This document shows, piece by piece, positions 1 to 9,000 of a stretch of DNA of 64,000 nucleotides. Every line of letters begins with the position of its first letter. Within the stretch, counting starts at the first letter, position 1. The stretch comes from a virus, in IMG/VR virus record IMGVR_UViG_3300037193_001286, positions 1 to 64,000 of that record, one strand, 5' to 3'. The translations under genes and the position numbers were made by a program. The notes under the pieces are model-generated. The model was not told where the DNA came from and did no database searches. It saw only the letters and a program-made list of their open reading frames with translations.

Positions 1-1
1 C

Positions 2-190
2 AACCACCAGGGCGGGGTGCAGGTCTCTGAGACGCCGAAAGGCTATCGGATTTCGACGACCGGCGAGACGCTGAACTATCGCGATTCCCGGATCAAAGTT
101 TCACCTGACGGCGAATACCACTGGTGCAGCGCTGGCGGGCGCGACACCGGCCGGACGATCTGCCTGTATGCACCGCCGAAAGGATTCTGA
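2..190 (+). CDS. hypothetical protein, C-terminal fragment (5' end outside window)
   Basis: Frame 2 is open from the window edge (...SPDGEYHWCSAGGRDTGRTICLYAPPKGF*); the next ATG follows at 192. Confidence 0.6.
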   Translation, partial: NHQGGVQVSETPKGYRISTTGETLNYRDSRIKVSPDGEYHWCSAGGRDTGRTICLYAPPKGF

Positions 191-191
191 G

Positions 192-389
192 ATGCCCGAC
201 GATGAGACCGCGACCGGATACACCGTCGAAGAATACCGGCAAACGGGCGCGCTGCTTCTGTCGAAGAACGCTGAGAGAGTGGCGACGGTCGCGCTGGAAC
301 GGCGTGACATCATCGTTCACGCACTGATGATCGCCGCCGCTTTGGAGGCGCGCACTGGCAAACGTGGAGGCGACGGCAATGCAGGTTGA
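192..389 (+). CDS. hypothetical phage protein
   Basis: ORF in a tightly packed + strand operon. Confidence 0.5.
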   Translation: MPDDETATGYTVEEYRQTGALLLSKNAERVATVALERRDIIVHALMIAAALEARTGKRGGDGNAG

Positions 390-588
390 TGCACCTTTCA
401 GCGATGAACAGGTCGAGCGCTTAAACGCATGGCAGCGGCGCGACGACGTTCACCCGTTCACCTGCCCCGGCGACCGGTTGGACTGCGAACAACACCGCGA
501 ACTGATCGCCACGCGCGAAGGATGGGTGTGCCAGTGCGGCGCGTATCGCCAATACTGGGCACATGCCTTCATGGCCGGAGAACGATGA
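379..588 (+). CDS. hypothetical Cys/His protein (HPFTC...WVCQC)
   Basis: GGAGG RBS upstream; overlaps its neighbours. Confidence 0.6.
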   Translation: MQVDAPFSDEQVERLNAWQRRDDVHPFTCPGDRLDCEQHRELIATREGWVCQCGAYRQYWAHAFMAGER

Positions 589-929
589 TGCGAATCCGCG
601 TCTATTGGCCGGACGGCCGTGACGAAATCAGGCAGGTGCCAGAGCCAAAGAATTTCCGCGATCTGGCGGACTCGCTTGAGGTCGAGTTCATCGTGCCACC
701 GATAGAGCACGTAACCGTCTTCTGGTCGTTCGATGACGGCGATGAGCCGCGCTACCTCGACGCCTTCGTTTGCGAAGAAGGCCATCGGCTCCGATTGCCC
801 CTCAATAAGAAGGCCACGGAAATCTATCGCAACAACGTCCGCGTCCATTGTCCATCCGAATATGAACCGGTCACCATGCCGTACATCGCCGGGACAATGG
901 TGCTTTTTGAGGAGAAGGTCTGGCAATGA
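585..929 (+). CDS. DUF3846-like phage protein
   Basis: Motif 'FVCEEG..LRLPLNKKAT...IAGTMVL'; ATGA coupling. Confidence 0.5.
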   Translation: MMRIRVYWPDGRDEIRQVPEPKNFRDLADSLEVEFIVPPIEHVTVFWSFDDGDEPRYLDAFVCEEGHRLRLPLNKKATEIYRNNVRVHCPSEYEPVTMPYIAGTMVLFEEKVWQ

Positions 930-1228
930 ATGACGACCACCCCTTCATCGACGATCCGCAGCTCAAGCGCGTCTATGAGATCACCATGCAGTGCAGGGGG
1001 CACCTCAGAGGCAATGAGCCGGAGATCCAAGGCGCGGTCCTCGCCGATCTCGTCGCCACGTTCCTCGCTGGCCATGCTCCGGCGCTACGCGATGCCGCCT
1101 ATGAGCGTCTGGTCGAGTGGATCCAGCCGCTGGTGCAGGTCAATGAGGCGCTGATGTTTAAGGGTAAGGGCCACCCGGCCAAAGGCTTTTCGTTCGATGA
1201 ACCGTGGAGTGAACCTGATGGACCGTAA
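926..1228 (+). CDS. hypothetical phage protein
   Basis: ATGA overlap with the previous gene. Confidence 0.55.
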   Translation: MNDDHPFIDDPQLKRVYEITMQCRGHLRGNEPEIQGAVLADLVATFLAGHAPALRDAAYERLVEWIQPLVQVNEALMFKGKGHPAKGFSFDEPWSEPDGP

Positions 1229-1475
1229 TCAAATTCGCCGGGCGATCTCGGTATGGGCAGCCGATCAGGTGAATACGTGCGACAGCGCCCAAGAGCAGCG
1301 TGTCTTCATCGAGGAATTCATCAAGGTGGCGGTTGGTCTTGGGATCGCCCGTCTTCGCAGACTCGATCAGAAGGAAAAGAGGCAGGGCATAGACGAACTC
1401 AGCAAATTCGTGGCGCAAGCCATGGCGGGATCGGCCGCAAAGCTGATGGCACTCAAATCGAAGGATAAGGAGTAG
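1218..1475 (+). CDS. hypothetical phage protein
   Basis: GGAG RBS; packed operon. Confidence 0.5.
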   Translation: MDRNQIRRAISVWAADQVNTCDSAQEQRVFIEEFIKVAVGLGIARLRRLDQKEKRQGIDELSKFVAQAMAGSAAKLMALKSKDKE

Positions 1476-1479
1476 GGTT

Positions 1480-1782
1480 ATGAAAGTTCTGCTTATCGCT
1501 ACCGCTGCGCTGCTCGCCTCTTGCACAATGACAATGGATCAACAGGCAGCTGCGGCTCGCAACTACGACAAGATTTGCACCGCAGAGCCGCCACTTTACG
1601 CGGCATTCGTCAACGCCGCGACGACCAAGGGCGCATCCGAAAAGACGATGCGGCGGGCAGAGAGTTTCCACGTCGTGGTTACGACAATGTGCAGCACCCG
1701 GCCAACCGATTTCGTCACGGCGCTCGTTACGCTGGCGGCAGCGTATACGCAGATCGTCCAGATCAACGCATCTGTCAGGTAA
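1480..1782 (+). CDS. lipoprotein
   Basis: Signal peptide with lipobox LASC; AAGGAG RBS. Confidence 0.65.
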   Translation: MKVLLIATAALLASCTMTMDQQAAAARNYDKICTAEPPLYAAFVNAATTKGASEKTMRRAESFHVVVTTMCSTRPTDFVTALVTLAAAYTQIVQINASVR

Positions 1783-1834
1783 AATCAAAGGCGGGAATTC
1801 AAAGGCAAGGCGTCGTAAAAACAAGGAAGAAGAA

Positions 1835-2044
1835 ATGACCGACGAAAACGACGGCTACCTGACAAGCAACAAGGTGCTTGCGCGCTTTGACAACATCTCG
1901 CGCATGACGCTTCAGCGATGGGTTCGCGATCCGGACCTTGGTTTTCCTCAGCCGCTGATCATCGGCAATCGCTGGTATTTCAAGAAGTCCGAACTGGACG
2001 AGTTTGAAAAGCGCCGGAAGGAAAAATCGAGGGTGACGCAATGA
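1835..2044 (+). CDS. AlpA-family excisionase / recombination directionality factor
   Basis: 'ISRMTLQRWVRD..LGFPQP..IG...FKKSELDEF' AlpA HTH; integrase 2 kb downstream. Confidence 0.75.
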   Translation: MTDENDGYLTSNKVLARFDNISRMTLQRWVRDPDLGFPQPLIIGNRWYFKKSELDEFEKRRKEKSRVTQ

Positions 2045-2403
2045 GTTTCTGTCCGGCGACGATGTGCCCATTGATCGCGCCGGACGGCTCGCCCTGGACT
2101 GGGCAGAAGAATGCCGAGTGCCCGCAGGCAAGTTCCGGCTGTCTATGGTTCGATGATCGTCGAGGCCAGTGCGACGGCTGCAACATGGCGCATGAGCAGA
2201 TCGCCAGCGCCGCCGATGGCAGACCGGTTCCTGTTGCCGGTCCAAACCAGCCCAAGAGGACCGACCAGCGCGCCGCTCGCGATTACGAGTGCCCGCGTGC
2301 GCATGAGTGCCGATGGCAGATCGAGGCGGATCGCGAGGGTGGCTTGTGCCCTCCCCGCACCGCGCTCCGGCTGGGCCTCGATCCCCGGCTCTCCCTCTAT
2401 TGA
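2041..2403 (+). CDS. Cys-rich hypothetical protein
   Basis: ATGA overlap; repeated CP/CxW motifs. Confidence 0.55.
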   Translation: MSFCPATMCPLIAPDGSPWTGQKNAECPQASSGCLWFDDRRGQCDGCNMAHEQIASAADGRPVPVAGPNQPKRTDQRAARDYECPRAHECRWQIEADREGGLCPPRTALRLGLDPRLSLY

Positions 2404-2564
2404 AAATAGATAAATGCAGATTTGTACTTTCTATGGGGAAGTCCAAATTTGGATTTGCTATCGTTTTCGCATGTAATAGTGGATAACTCTGTCAGTATAT
2501 CGACTCCAGTCGGCCACGACTGCTACCTCTACTAGCGTTCTTAATCAGTAGAGGATGTTGCTAG

Positions 2565-2786
2565 ATGAAAAAGAACCGGCGTTTGAAAGGGCATAAGCCG
2601 CAAAAGCCACGCAAACGGTTTTCGGGTGATTTTATTGTCCGCTTTACGCCTGAAGGCATGGAGTTTGCGAAGCGATTGCTGGCCACGCGCGCCGATCCAG
2701 CGCTAAGAGAGCAGTTTGTGAAGGACTATCCAGATTTTGAGGAATTATTGGATGGTCGGCCGTCGCCATCGACGCAATTCGATTGA
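2565..2786 (+). CDS. hypothetical protein
   Basis: GAGGA RBS after an AT-rich intergenic region. Confidence 0.4.
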   Translation: MKKNRRLKGHKPQKPRKRFSGDFIVRFTPEGMEFAKRLLATRADPALREQFVKDYPDFEELLDGRPSPSTQFD

Positions 2787-2793
2787 CCGAAGA

Positions 2794-2848
2794 ACGTAGC
2801 GCGTCATGCTACTTTTCGCTTGCGGTACGTAGCGCGTCATGCTACGTT
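2794..2848 (+). promoter_or_regulatory. higBA promoter with two palindromic operators
   Basis: ACGTAGCGCGTCATGCTAC at 2794-2812 and 2827-2845 (GTAGC-N7-GCTAC); TTGCGG-N17-TACGTT ends just before ATG 2855, suggesting a leaderless mRNA. Confidence 0.65.
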
Positions 2849-2854
2849 CCAGCC

Positions 2855-3136
2855 ATGATCAAGAGCACCAAAGGCAAATACGTTCCGGCACTCATCGAAG
2901 GGAAAAGCCCGAAAGGCTTCCCGGCCGATCTAGCCGCAGTCGCCAGACGCAAGCTGTTGCTGGTCCACACCGCAACGCAGTTGAGCGATCTGACCGTTCC
3001 ACCCGGTAACCGCCTTGAGGCCTTGAAGCGGGATCGGATCGGACAGCATTCGATCCGCATCAATGATCAATGGCGCATCTGCTTCCGCTGGATTGACGGC
3101 GGCGCTGAGGACGTCGAGATCGTCGACTATCACTGA
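2855..3136 (+). CDS. higB: HigB (RelE-superfamily) toxin
   Basis: 'PPGNRLEALKRDRIGQHSIRINDQWRICFRW...VEIVDYH'. Confidence 0.9.
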   Translation: MIKSTKGKYVPALIEGKSPKGFPADLAAVARRKLLLVHTATQLSDLTVPPGNRLEALKRDRIGQHSIRINDQWRICFRWIDGGAEDVEIVDYH

Positions 3137-3148
3137 CAGGAGAGCGAA

Positions 3149-3445
3149 ATGATTTATTTTACCCCACCCATCCACCCCGGCGAGGTATTGCGCGAGGAGT
3201 TCCTGATCCCGTTCGGCATCAAGCCATACACGCTCGCGAAGCACATCCACGTCCAGCGTTCGCGCATCGAGCGGATCGCCGCAGAGAAGCAGCCGATCAC
3301 GCCGGACACGGCATTGCGCCTTGCTCGCTTCTTCGGCACGACGCCGGAGTTCTGGCTGAACCTTCAGGCGACCTATGACCTATCCGCCACCATGGCGGAT
3401 CACGGCGCTGAGATTGAGGAAATTGAGCCGCTGGCAGCGGCGTGA
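3149..3445 (+). CDS. higA: HigA antitoxin (HTH)
   Basis: 'HPGEVLREEFL...ITPDTALRLARFFGTTPEFWLNLQ'. Confidence 0.92.
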   Translation: MIYFTPPIHPGEVLREEFLIPFGIKPYTLAKHIHVQRSRIERIAAEKQPITPDTALRLARFFGTTPEFWLNLQATYDLSATMADHGAEIEEIEPLAAA

Positions 3446-3459
3446 AGGATACTGGGATA

Positions 3460-3939
3460 ATGAAGACCTATATCGCACTCGTGGAACCCGGCGACGAAGC
3501 GACCGCCCATGGCGTCACGTTCCCTGATCTTCCCGGCGTTCATTCCGCCGCCGATGAAGAAGGCGACATTCTCCACAATGCAATCGAGGCATTGCGGTTG
3601 TGGGCGGAAGACGAGGACATGCCGGAACCGTCCACCAAGGAGGCGATCTTGCAGCGTGAGGACGTCCGTGCGGCACTGGCGGAAGGCTCCTACCTTTTGG
3701 AGGTTCCTTTGATGGCGCTGGAAACAACCCGCTTCGACATTCAGGATTTCATCACCACTCCGGAGCACCAGATCGGCGTTTTGGGAGCGGCCTTTGCTGA
3801 CGGCGATCCTGATCTGATCGCGACGATCATCGCCGACATTGCCGAATCGTGGCGTCGGATCGGGCTGAGGAATGTCGCAATCGCGCCAGAAGAGGACGAT
3901 TGCAAGCGAGCCGCGATAGAGTTAGACAACAGTCGATAA
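3460..3939 (+). CDS. hicB: HicB-like antitoxin fused to a HI1420-like antitoxin N-terminal segment
   Basis: N-terminal 'YIALVE...GVTFPDLPGVHSAAD...NAIEAL'; C-terminal 'TTRFDIQDFI...AAFADGDPDLIA...DIA'. Confidence 0.65.
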   Translation: MKTYIALVEPGDEATAHGVTFPDLPGVHSAADEEGDILHNAIEALRLWAEDEDMPEPSTKEAILQREDVRAALAEGSYLLEVPLMALETTRFDIQDFITTPEHQIGVLGAAFADGDPDLIATIIADIAESWRRIGLRNVAIAPEEDDCKRAAIELDNSR

Positions 3940-3954
3940 CAGCCCCTAGCAGTT

Positions 3955-4220
3955 GACTGTTTTACCCCTGTTGTTACCCCGAGCAAAAATCGAAATCGCT
4001 AAGTGATTGAAATGATTGCATACCCAGGATTATGGCGGAAAACGAAGGAGCAACCGCTGAGGTAACTTTTTTACCCCCAGTAGACAACAGCGCTCCCGAT
4101 ATTTCTCCTGATTATCCAATCATATCAATACTATGTACATCACAGTTGACGACACCGGAAAACAGCTGTAATCATACCCCAGCGGTACACGATTTACCCC
4201 GGACTTTTTACCCCAAGGAA
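3955..4220. promoter_or_regulatory. putative attP with integrase arm-type repeats
   Basis: TTACCCC/ATACCCC repeats near 3962, 3974, 4071, 4174, 4194 and 4208 directly upstream of int; IHF-like sites near 3999-4011 (minus strand) and 4123-4135. Confidence 0.55.
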
Positions 4221-4226
4221 GCACCC

Positions 4227-5537
4227 ATGACCAAGTCAACCAAGCGGCAGCTGACAGACATCGCTGTCCGAAATGCGACATCGACCGACAAGCGTCAGGA
4301 GATACCTGACGGCTTCGTCTCCGGCCTCTATCTGGTCGTGCAGCCCTCCGGCAAAAAGTCTTGGGCCATGCGCTACAAGTTCGGGGATCGCAACATCAAG
4401 CAGACCATCGGTTCCTACCCGGAAGTCTCGCTTGGCAAAGCCCGCGAACAGGCGAAGACGATTTCCGAGTGCCGGGAAATGGGCGGCAACCCGCTTGCCG
4501 ACATCGTGATCCAGAAGGACAACAATCTCCTAGAAGTCGTATTCGAGAAGTTCCTAACCCTGCACGTCGAGAAGAAGAATTCGGCGGGCACCGCCTCTCG
4601 CCGCCGCAACGTCTTCCACCGCGAGATCGAGCCGCGCTGGAAAGGACGTGTCGTTCAGTCGATCAAGCGCCGCGACATCATCGACATGCTGGATGAGATC
4701 GCCGAACGCGCGCCGGTCATGGCCAACCGCATCCACGGCTTCCTGCGCAAATTCTTCAACTGGTGCGTCGACCGCGAGTACATCGAGCACTCCCCGATGA
4801 ACCGGCTGAAGGCACCAGTGGACGAGGAAAGCCGCGACCGCGTCCTCGATCACGATGAACTCCGATTGGTATGGCTTGGCGCAGAGCGCATGGGTTATCC
4901 CTTCGGTCCTATCGTCCAAGCGCTCATCCTGTCGGCGCAGCGCCAGCAAGAAGTGGGCGCGATCAGCCGGAATGAATTGGGCGGCGCTCGCGAATTCGGC
5001 AGCAACACGCCAATGTGGACGATCCCGAAAGAGCGGACGAAGAACAAGAAGTCCGATCACATCGTCCCCCTCACCCCGATGCTCGACGACCTGTTCAGCG
5101 CCCAGCCGAAGATCATCGGCGATAAGGACTTCATCTTCACCTACACCGGCAAGCGCGCCGTCACCGGCTATAGCCATGCGAAGGACCGGCTCGACGATCT
5201 GATCCGTGCTGTCCAGCGCGAAGAAGCCAAGGCGCGCGGTGAGAACCCGTCGAAGGTTCCGCCGCTCGCACACTGGACGTTCCACGATCTTCGCCGGACG
5301 GCCGCGACCGGCATGGCCGCGCTCAAGGTCGATCCGCACGTCATCGAGGCGGTGATCAATCACAAGTCCGGCAACATCAAAGGCGTCGCCGCCGTGTACA
5401 ACCGCTATCAGTATTTCGATGAGAAATATGAGGCGTTGCTGAAGTGGGAGAACGCCGTTAAGCGGATCGTCACTGGCGAGGACAACGTCGTCTATCTCAA
5501 ATTCAACGTCGTGAACGACATGGATGGTAACGCGTGA
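4227..5537 (+). CDS. int: tyrosine integrase with Arm DNA-binding domain
   Basis: 'GLYLVVQPSGKKSW' Arm domain; catalytic R (SAQRQQE), K (TKN), HDLRR, H (INH) and Y (YNRY). Start placed at the ATG after AAGGAA. Confidence 0.93.
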   Translation: MTKSTKRQLTDIAVRNATSTDKRQEIPDGFVSGLYLVVQPSGKKSWAMRYKFGDRNIKQTIGSYPEVSLGKAREQAKTISECREMGGNPLADIVIQKDNNLLEVVFEKFLTLHVEKKNSAGTASRRRNVFHREIEPRWKGRVVQSIKRRDIIDMLDEIAERAPVMANRIHGFLRKFFNWCVDREYIEHSPMNRLKAPVDEESRDRVLDHDELRLVWLGAERMGYPFGPIVQALILSAQRQQEVGAISRNELGGAREFGSNTPMWTIPKERTKNKKSDHIVPLTPMLDDLFSAQPKIIGDKDFIFTYTGKRAVTGYSHAKDRLDDLIRAVQREEAKARGENPSKVPPLAHWTFHDLRRTAATGMAALKVDPHVIEAVINHKSGNIKGVAAVYNRYQYFDEKYEALLKWENAVKRIVTGEDNVVYLKFNVVNDMDGNA

Positions 5538-6070
5538 TGAAGCGATCCTGCGGTGAATGCACCCTCTGTTGCAAGCTGCTGCCGGTGCCTGAATTCGGCA
5601 AGATGGCGAACACGAAATGCCAGCATCAGCGGTCGCACAAAGGCTGCGCGATCTATTCCAAGCGGCCGTTGAGTTGCCAGTTTTGGTCCTGCGGCTGGCT
5701 CGCATGGGATGACGCTGGTGGTCTATCGCGGCCGGATCGCGTGCATTACGTGATCGACATCATGCCGGACTACATCAGCATTCAGGACGACTACAGCCCG
5801 GAACGACCGACACAGGTGCCGGTCATTCAAGTCTGGCTCGATCCGAAGTATCCAGACGCTCACCGCGATCCAGCGTTGCGCGCCCTGATCAACAGCCGCA
5901 GCGAGAAAGAAGGCTGCGCTGCGCTCATCCGCACCGGGACCGAACAATCGGCCATCATCCTGTTCCCGCCCGCGCTCACTGGCGACGGCGAATGGCATGA
6001 GCGGGAATCGAACGTGAAGGTCGAGCAGCACCGGTTCGATGAGATCATCTCGGTGCTGGCCGACAGGTGA
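5534..6070 (+). CDS. YkgJ-like Cys-cluster protein
   Basis: 'CGECTLCC...C.H....GCAIYSKRPLSC..WSC.W'; coupled to int. Confidence 0.65.
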   Translation: MMKRSCGECTLCCKLLPVPEFGKMANTKCQHQRSHKGCAIYSKRPLSCQFWSCGWLAWDDAGGLSRPDRVHYVIDIMPDYISIQDDYSPERPTQVPVIQVWLDPKYPDAHRDPALRALINSRSEKEGCAALIRTGTEQSAIILFPPALTGDGEWHERESNVKVEQHRFDEIISVLADR

Positions 6071-6074
6071 TCGC

Positions 6075-6293
6075 TTACGATCCGACCACGACTCCCGGAG
6101 CGACCAGACCGGCGAACTGAAGCAGCACCACGACGGCGATCAGGACGCCGATCACCATGGCGACGACCTTGATCACCCGCCCGATAGGATCGGCAACCGG
6201 GAGATGGTCAACCGCATAGTTGATCAGCCAGACGACAACGCCGATCACCAGCAAAGTGACGGCAAGCGATATCAGTCCAGAGACGGTGAGCAT
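6075..6293 (-). CDS. small two-TM membrane protein
   Basis: AAGGAGG RBS; two hydrophobic helices. Confidence 0.6.
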   Translation of the reverse strand: MLTVSGLISLAVTLLVIGVVVWLINYAVDHLPVADPIGRVIKVVAMVIGVLIAVVVLLQFAGLVAPGVVVGS

Positions 6294-6415
6294 GGCTACC
6301 TCCTTGATGGAGGCGCGGCGACAGAAAACCGCGCCTCCTAGCCGGGCAGATACCGGGTGGCTGAATGTCGATCCCAACCGCCACCACGGCGACTGGGCAT
6401 TCAGCACTCTGCCGA

Positions 6416-6619
6416 CTATTCCATAATCTCAAGATGCCGCCTTGCCTTCTCTGGTAGGCGCTCATAGGCGTCTTCCAGATTGCCTTGCAAAATCGCCGTG
6501 GCAACGAATTCCATCAACAGGGCAGTCTCATAGGCCGTGATGTCTTCCTGCGGCGCGTAACGAAAATTGCGCGGTGGCCTAACCTTGAACTCTGCCTTTG
6601 TCGAAAAATCCTGCTTCAT
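6416..6619 (-). CDS. hypothetical protein
   Basis: ORF with RBS; 'YAPQEDITAYE' motif. Confidence 0.5.
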   Translation of the reverse strand: MKQDFSTKAEFKVRPPRNFRYAPQEDITAYETALLMEFVATAILQGNLEDAYERLPEKARRHLEIME

Positions 6620-6705
6620 TCCCTGTCACCTCTGGCGTCTGCTTCGTTTTCCGCCATTGCGGGCACGATGATACCAGATAGGTAACAACGCGCGCCAGTG
6701 CCCCG

Positions 6706-7983
6706 CTACGTCGGTTTGTAGAACCGTATCCAATCGAGGGCCATGTCGCAGGGGAACGTCGTGTCGGTCGTCGGATCGCCCGGCCAACTGCCGCCCAGCG
6801 CCATGTTCAACAGCACATACCATGAGGCGGTCGGTGCGCGGTTCTCCATCTCCACCGTCTTCTTGCCGTCGATGTCAAAGACCAGACGCTGCGCGCCTAG
6901 CTCGATCCCGAAGGTGTGAAAGGCCGTCAGGTCTTCGGTGATTCCGAGCGCACGGATGTCGATGGGATAACCCAACTGCTGATGGCTGCCAGCCGCGCTC
7001 GACCAGTGCTGCGTCGTATAGAAGGTCCAAGCGTTATGACCGGAGTTGATCGGCCATTCCATCATGTCGATTTCCGGTGGCCAGTTAAAAGGCGGCATCG
7101 GCATTAGCCAGAACGCGGGCCATGCGGCGCGCTCGCCAAGAACCGGCATGGCAAACCGGGCTTCCACCCGGTCGCCGACCGTAACGGTGCGCAGCTTCCG
7201 GGATGTGATCATCGACGCGGTGTGCTTGAACGGCTCATATCCGATCACCTCCTTGGTCGTCGGCTCGACAACCGGCCGCCATGGGCAGAGCGTCGTCTTT
7301 CCGGCTGCATCCAGAACGCCGTCCGGGAAGTGTTCGGAGCGGAGAATTCGCTTGCCACTGACAATGGGGATTGGATCGGTTGCCGGATATAAGGCCGGAT
7401 CCACATAAAGCCCCAGCTCCTTATTGCCAGGCTGCGTCCGGCCGTGGGCTGGCCGTGATTGCCAGCAAGGCGAACCGTCTGGCGCTAACCCGGTATCGGT
7501 CGCCTGAAATCCGTCGATGAAGTTTGTCTCGTAGGCGACGGCAAACCCGGATTTGACGCCTGACGGAACGGTATCGCTAAAGGTGATCTTGCCGATCTGC
7601 CTCGCCACCGAAGCCCCGGCGATCGTCGAACTCAGGACTACCTCGATAGTTTTGCCGGGTGCATTGTTTCCCTTGAGCTGGATGACGATGTCCTGCTCTG
7701 TGGCCTCGCCCGGATGAAAGATGAACTTGCCAGACGCCCGAAGGTAGTTGGTGCCCTCATTGGTGCCGACGCCATTGCGCGTCAGCCACGAGCCGATGAC
7801 GGTATTACGGGGACTGCCGCTAAGCGAAAGCTTCAGGCGCGCTTCCAGCGCGTTCGGTAAGACGATGGCATCCGCAATAGTCACCTTGATCGATGTGGAT
7901 GCTTTCTCCGCAGTCAAGAAGTCCAGCCACCGCGAATTGAAGCCGATCAGATAGTCGATGTCTGGCGTGGATAGACGGGTCAT
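6706..7983 (-). CDS. GH16 endo-beta-glycanase (ExsH/laminarinase-like) with N-terminal Calx-beta-like domain
   Basis: 'WPAFWLMP...WPPEIDMME' (ExDxxE catalytic motif), 'FHTFG' and 'LNMALGGSWPG'. Confidence 0.8.
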   Translation of the reverse strand: MTRLSTPDIDYLIGFNSRWLDFLTAEKASTSIKVTIADAIVLPNALEARLKLSLSGSPRNTVIGSWLTRNGVGTNEGTNYLRASGKFIFHPGEATEQDIVIQLKGNNAPGKTIEVVLSSTIAGASVARQIGKITFSDTVPSGVKSGFAVAYETNFIDGFQATDTGLAPDGSPCWQSRPAHGRTQPGNKELGLYVDPALYPATDPIPIVSGKRILRSEHFPDGVLDAAGKTTLCPWRPVVEPTTKEVIGYEPFKHTASMITSRKLRTVTVGDRVEARFAMPVLGERAAWPAFWLMPMPPFNWPPEIDMMEWPINSGHNAWTFYTTQHWSSAAGSHQQLGYPIDIRALGITEDLTAFHTFGIELGAQRLVFDIDGKKTVEMENRAPTASWYVLLNMALGGSWPGDPTTDTTFPCDMALDWIRFYKPT

Positions 7984-8115
7984 AGCGAGTCCTTCCATGG
8001 GGAGTGGGCGTCATCTCGACGGCCGTTAATTTCAGAGGATGCCAGCGATCATGATGCTGCCGACCAACAATGCGGCGAGCACGAGAATCACGATGGCTTC
8101 GCTCTGGTGCATGGT

Positions 8116-8430
8116 TCACTGTCCGCTTGGCGGAACCCTCTTGCCTTCAAGAAGCGCGATCCTGCGGCGCAGATGGCGGATTGTGTTTTCCTGTCGCATC
8201 GCCAGCTTCTCTGCGATCACCAGTTCGTCACGCTGGCGCTGGATGATAGCGTTCAGTTCGCCGCGCTCCTCCTGCAACTGGTCGGTCAACTCTCGGAAGC
8301 CAGTCGTTATGGAAGAACCGAGATCGACGCGCGTTCGCGACCGCGCGACATAGACCGTTCCGAAGACGGTGACGATTGCGGTCACGACAGCGCCGCCAAA
8401 CGTGAGCAACGGAGCAAGGTCGAAATCCAC
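8116..8430 (-). CDS. single-TM coiled-coil protein, holin-like candidate
   Basis: N-terminal TM followed by a coiled coil; lies in the lysis cassette. Confidence 0.5.
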   Translation of the reverse strand: MDFDLAPLLTFGGAVVTAIVTVFGTVYVARSRTRVDLGSSITTGFRELTDQLQEERGELNAIIQRQRDELVIAEKLAMRQENTIRHLRRRIALLEGKRVPPSGQ

Positions 8431-8433
8431 ATC

Positions 8434-8619
8434 TCATTCCTTCGGCTCGACCGTCTCGACGAATTTCTGATGCTCGTTATGCATTCGTTCGATGTGTTCT
8501 TGAAAGGCGGTCGCTATTTCCTCTTTCGCTTGCCGGATCGAAATCCGGTAAGTGATGATTCCGCAGCTGATGGCAACTACGAACGTTGCGGTGACGGTGA
8601 CGAAGGCCGACATATCCAT
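8434..8619 (-). CDS. small single-TM protein
   Basis: Abuts the stop codon of the upstream gene; N-terminal hydrophobic helix. Confidence 0.5.
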   Translation of the reverse strand: MDMSAFVTVTATFVVAISCGIITYRISIRQAKEEIATAFQEHIERMHNEHQKFVETVEPKE

Positions 8620-9000
8620 TTATCCGGTCCTTTGCAGTCTGCGATCCGCAAGATAGTCGTTGATGACCATGCCCGCCGTTATGACAGAGACGGCAGCCAT
8701 TGCCGCGCGGATCAGGATGTCCAGACGGTACACGCCGGTAAACAGAGTGACGACCGATGTCAGGTGCGAAAGCCCGCATAGAAAAATGAATGCGCCGAAC
8801 AGGAGGCGCATCGAAGGCCTGATGCGGGTGCGCGGCACTTGCTTGATGAAAATCAGTGATATGCCGATGGCGAAGTATGCGGCGAACGTCGAGAGATCGG
8901 CGAGCACGTAAAGGAAGATCATCAGCGGATCGTTGGTGAGGCAGATCGCATGCTGGCTATAGCGCTCCGCGCCGAAAAAATTCAGAATGTTATTCCACAT
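8620..9000 (-). CDS. stand-alone ETR1-type ethylene/Cu-binding domain (3 TM)
   Basis: 'ADLSTFAAYFAIG...LLFGAFIFLCGLSHL...AAVSVITA' aligns to ETR1 'SDFFIAIAYFSIP...VQFGAFIVLCGATHL...AVVSCATA'; D35/Y42/I45/I72/C75/H79 correspond to ETR1 D25/Y32/I35/I62/C65/H69. Confidence 0.75.
   Translation of the reverse strand: MWNNILNFFGAERYSQHAICLTNDPLMIFLYVLADLSTFAAYFAIGISLIFIKQVPRTRIRPSMRLLFGAFIFLCGLSHLTSVVTLFTGVYRLDILIRAAMAAVSVITAGMVINDYLADRRLQRTG

Noticed and set aside
1480-1782. Superinfection-exclusion function for the lipoprotein
   Set aside because: Only a lipobox is evident; there is no family-level support.
4032-4226. N-terminal extension of the integrase, or a tRNA 3'-end att core (TGGCGGAAAACGAAGGAG)
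   Set aside because: The extension lies in AT-rich attP-like DNA before the RBS. The tRNA resemblance lacks the T-loop motif, so the attB target cannot be assigned.
4554-5705. Long antisense ORF (similar cases opposite J, terL and the ParB-like gene)
   Set aside because: Shadow ORFs expected at high GC, opposite genes with clear motifs.
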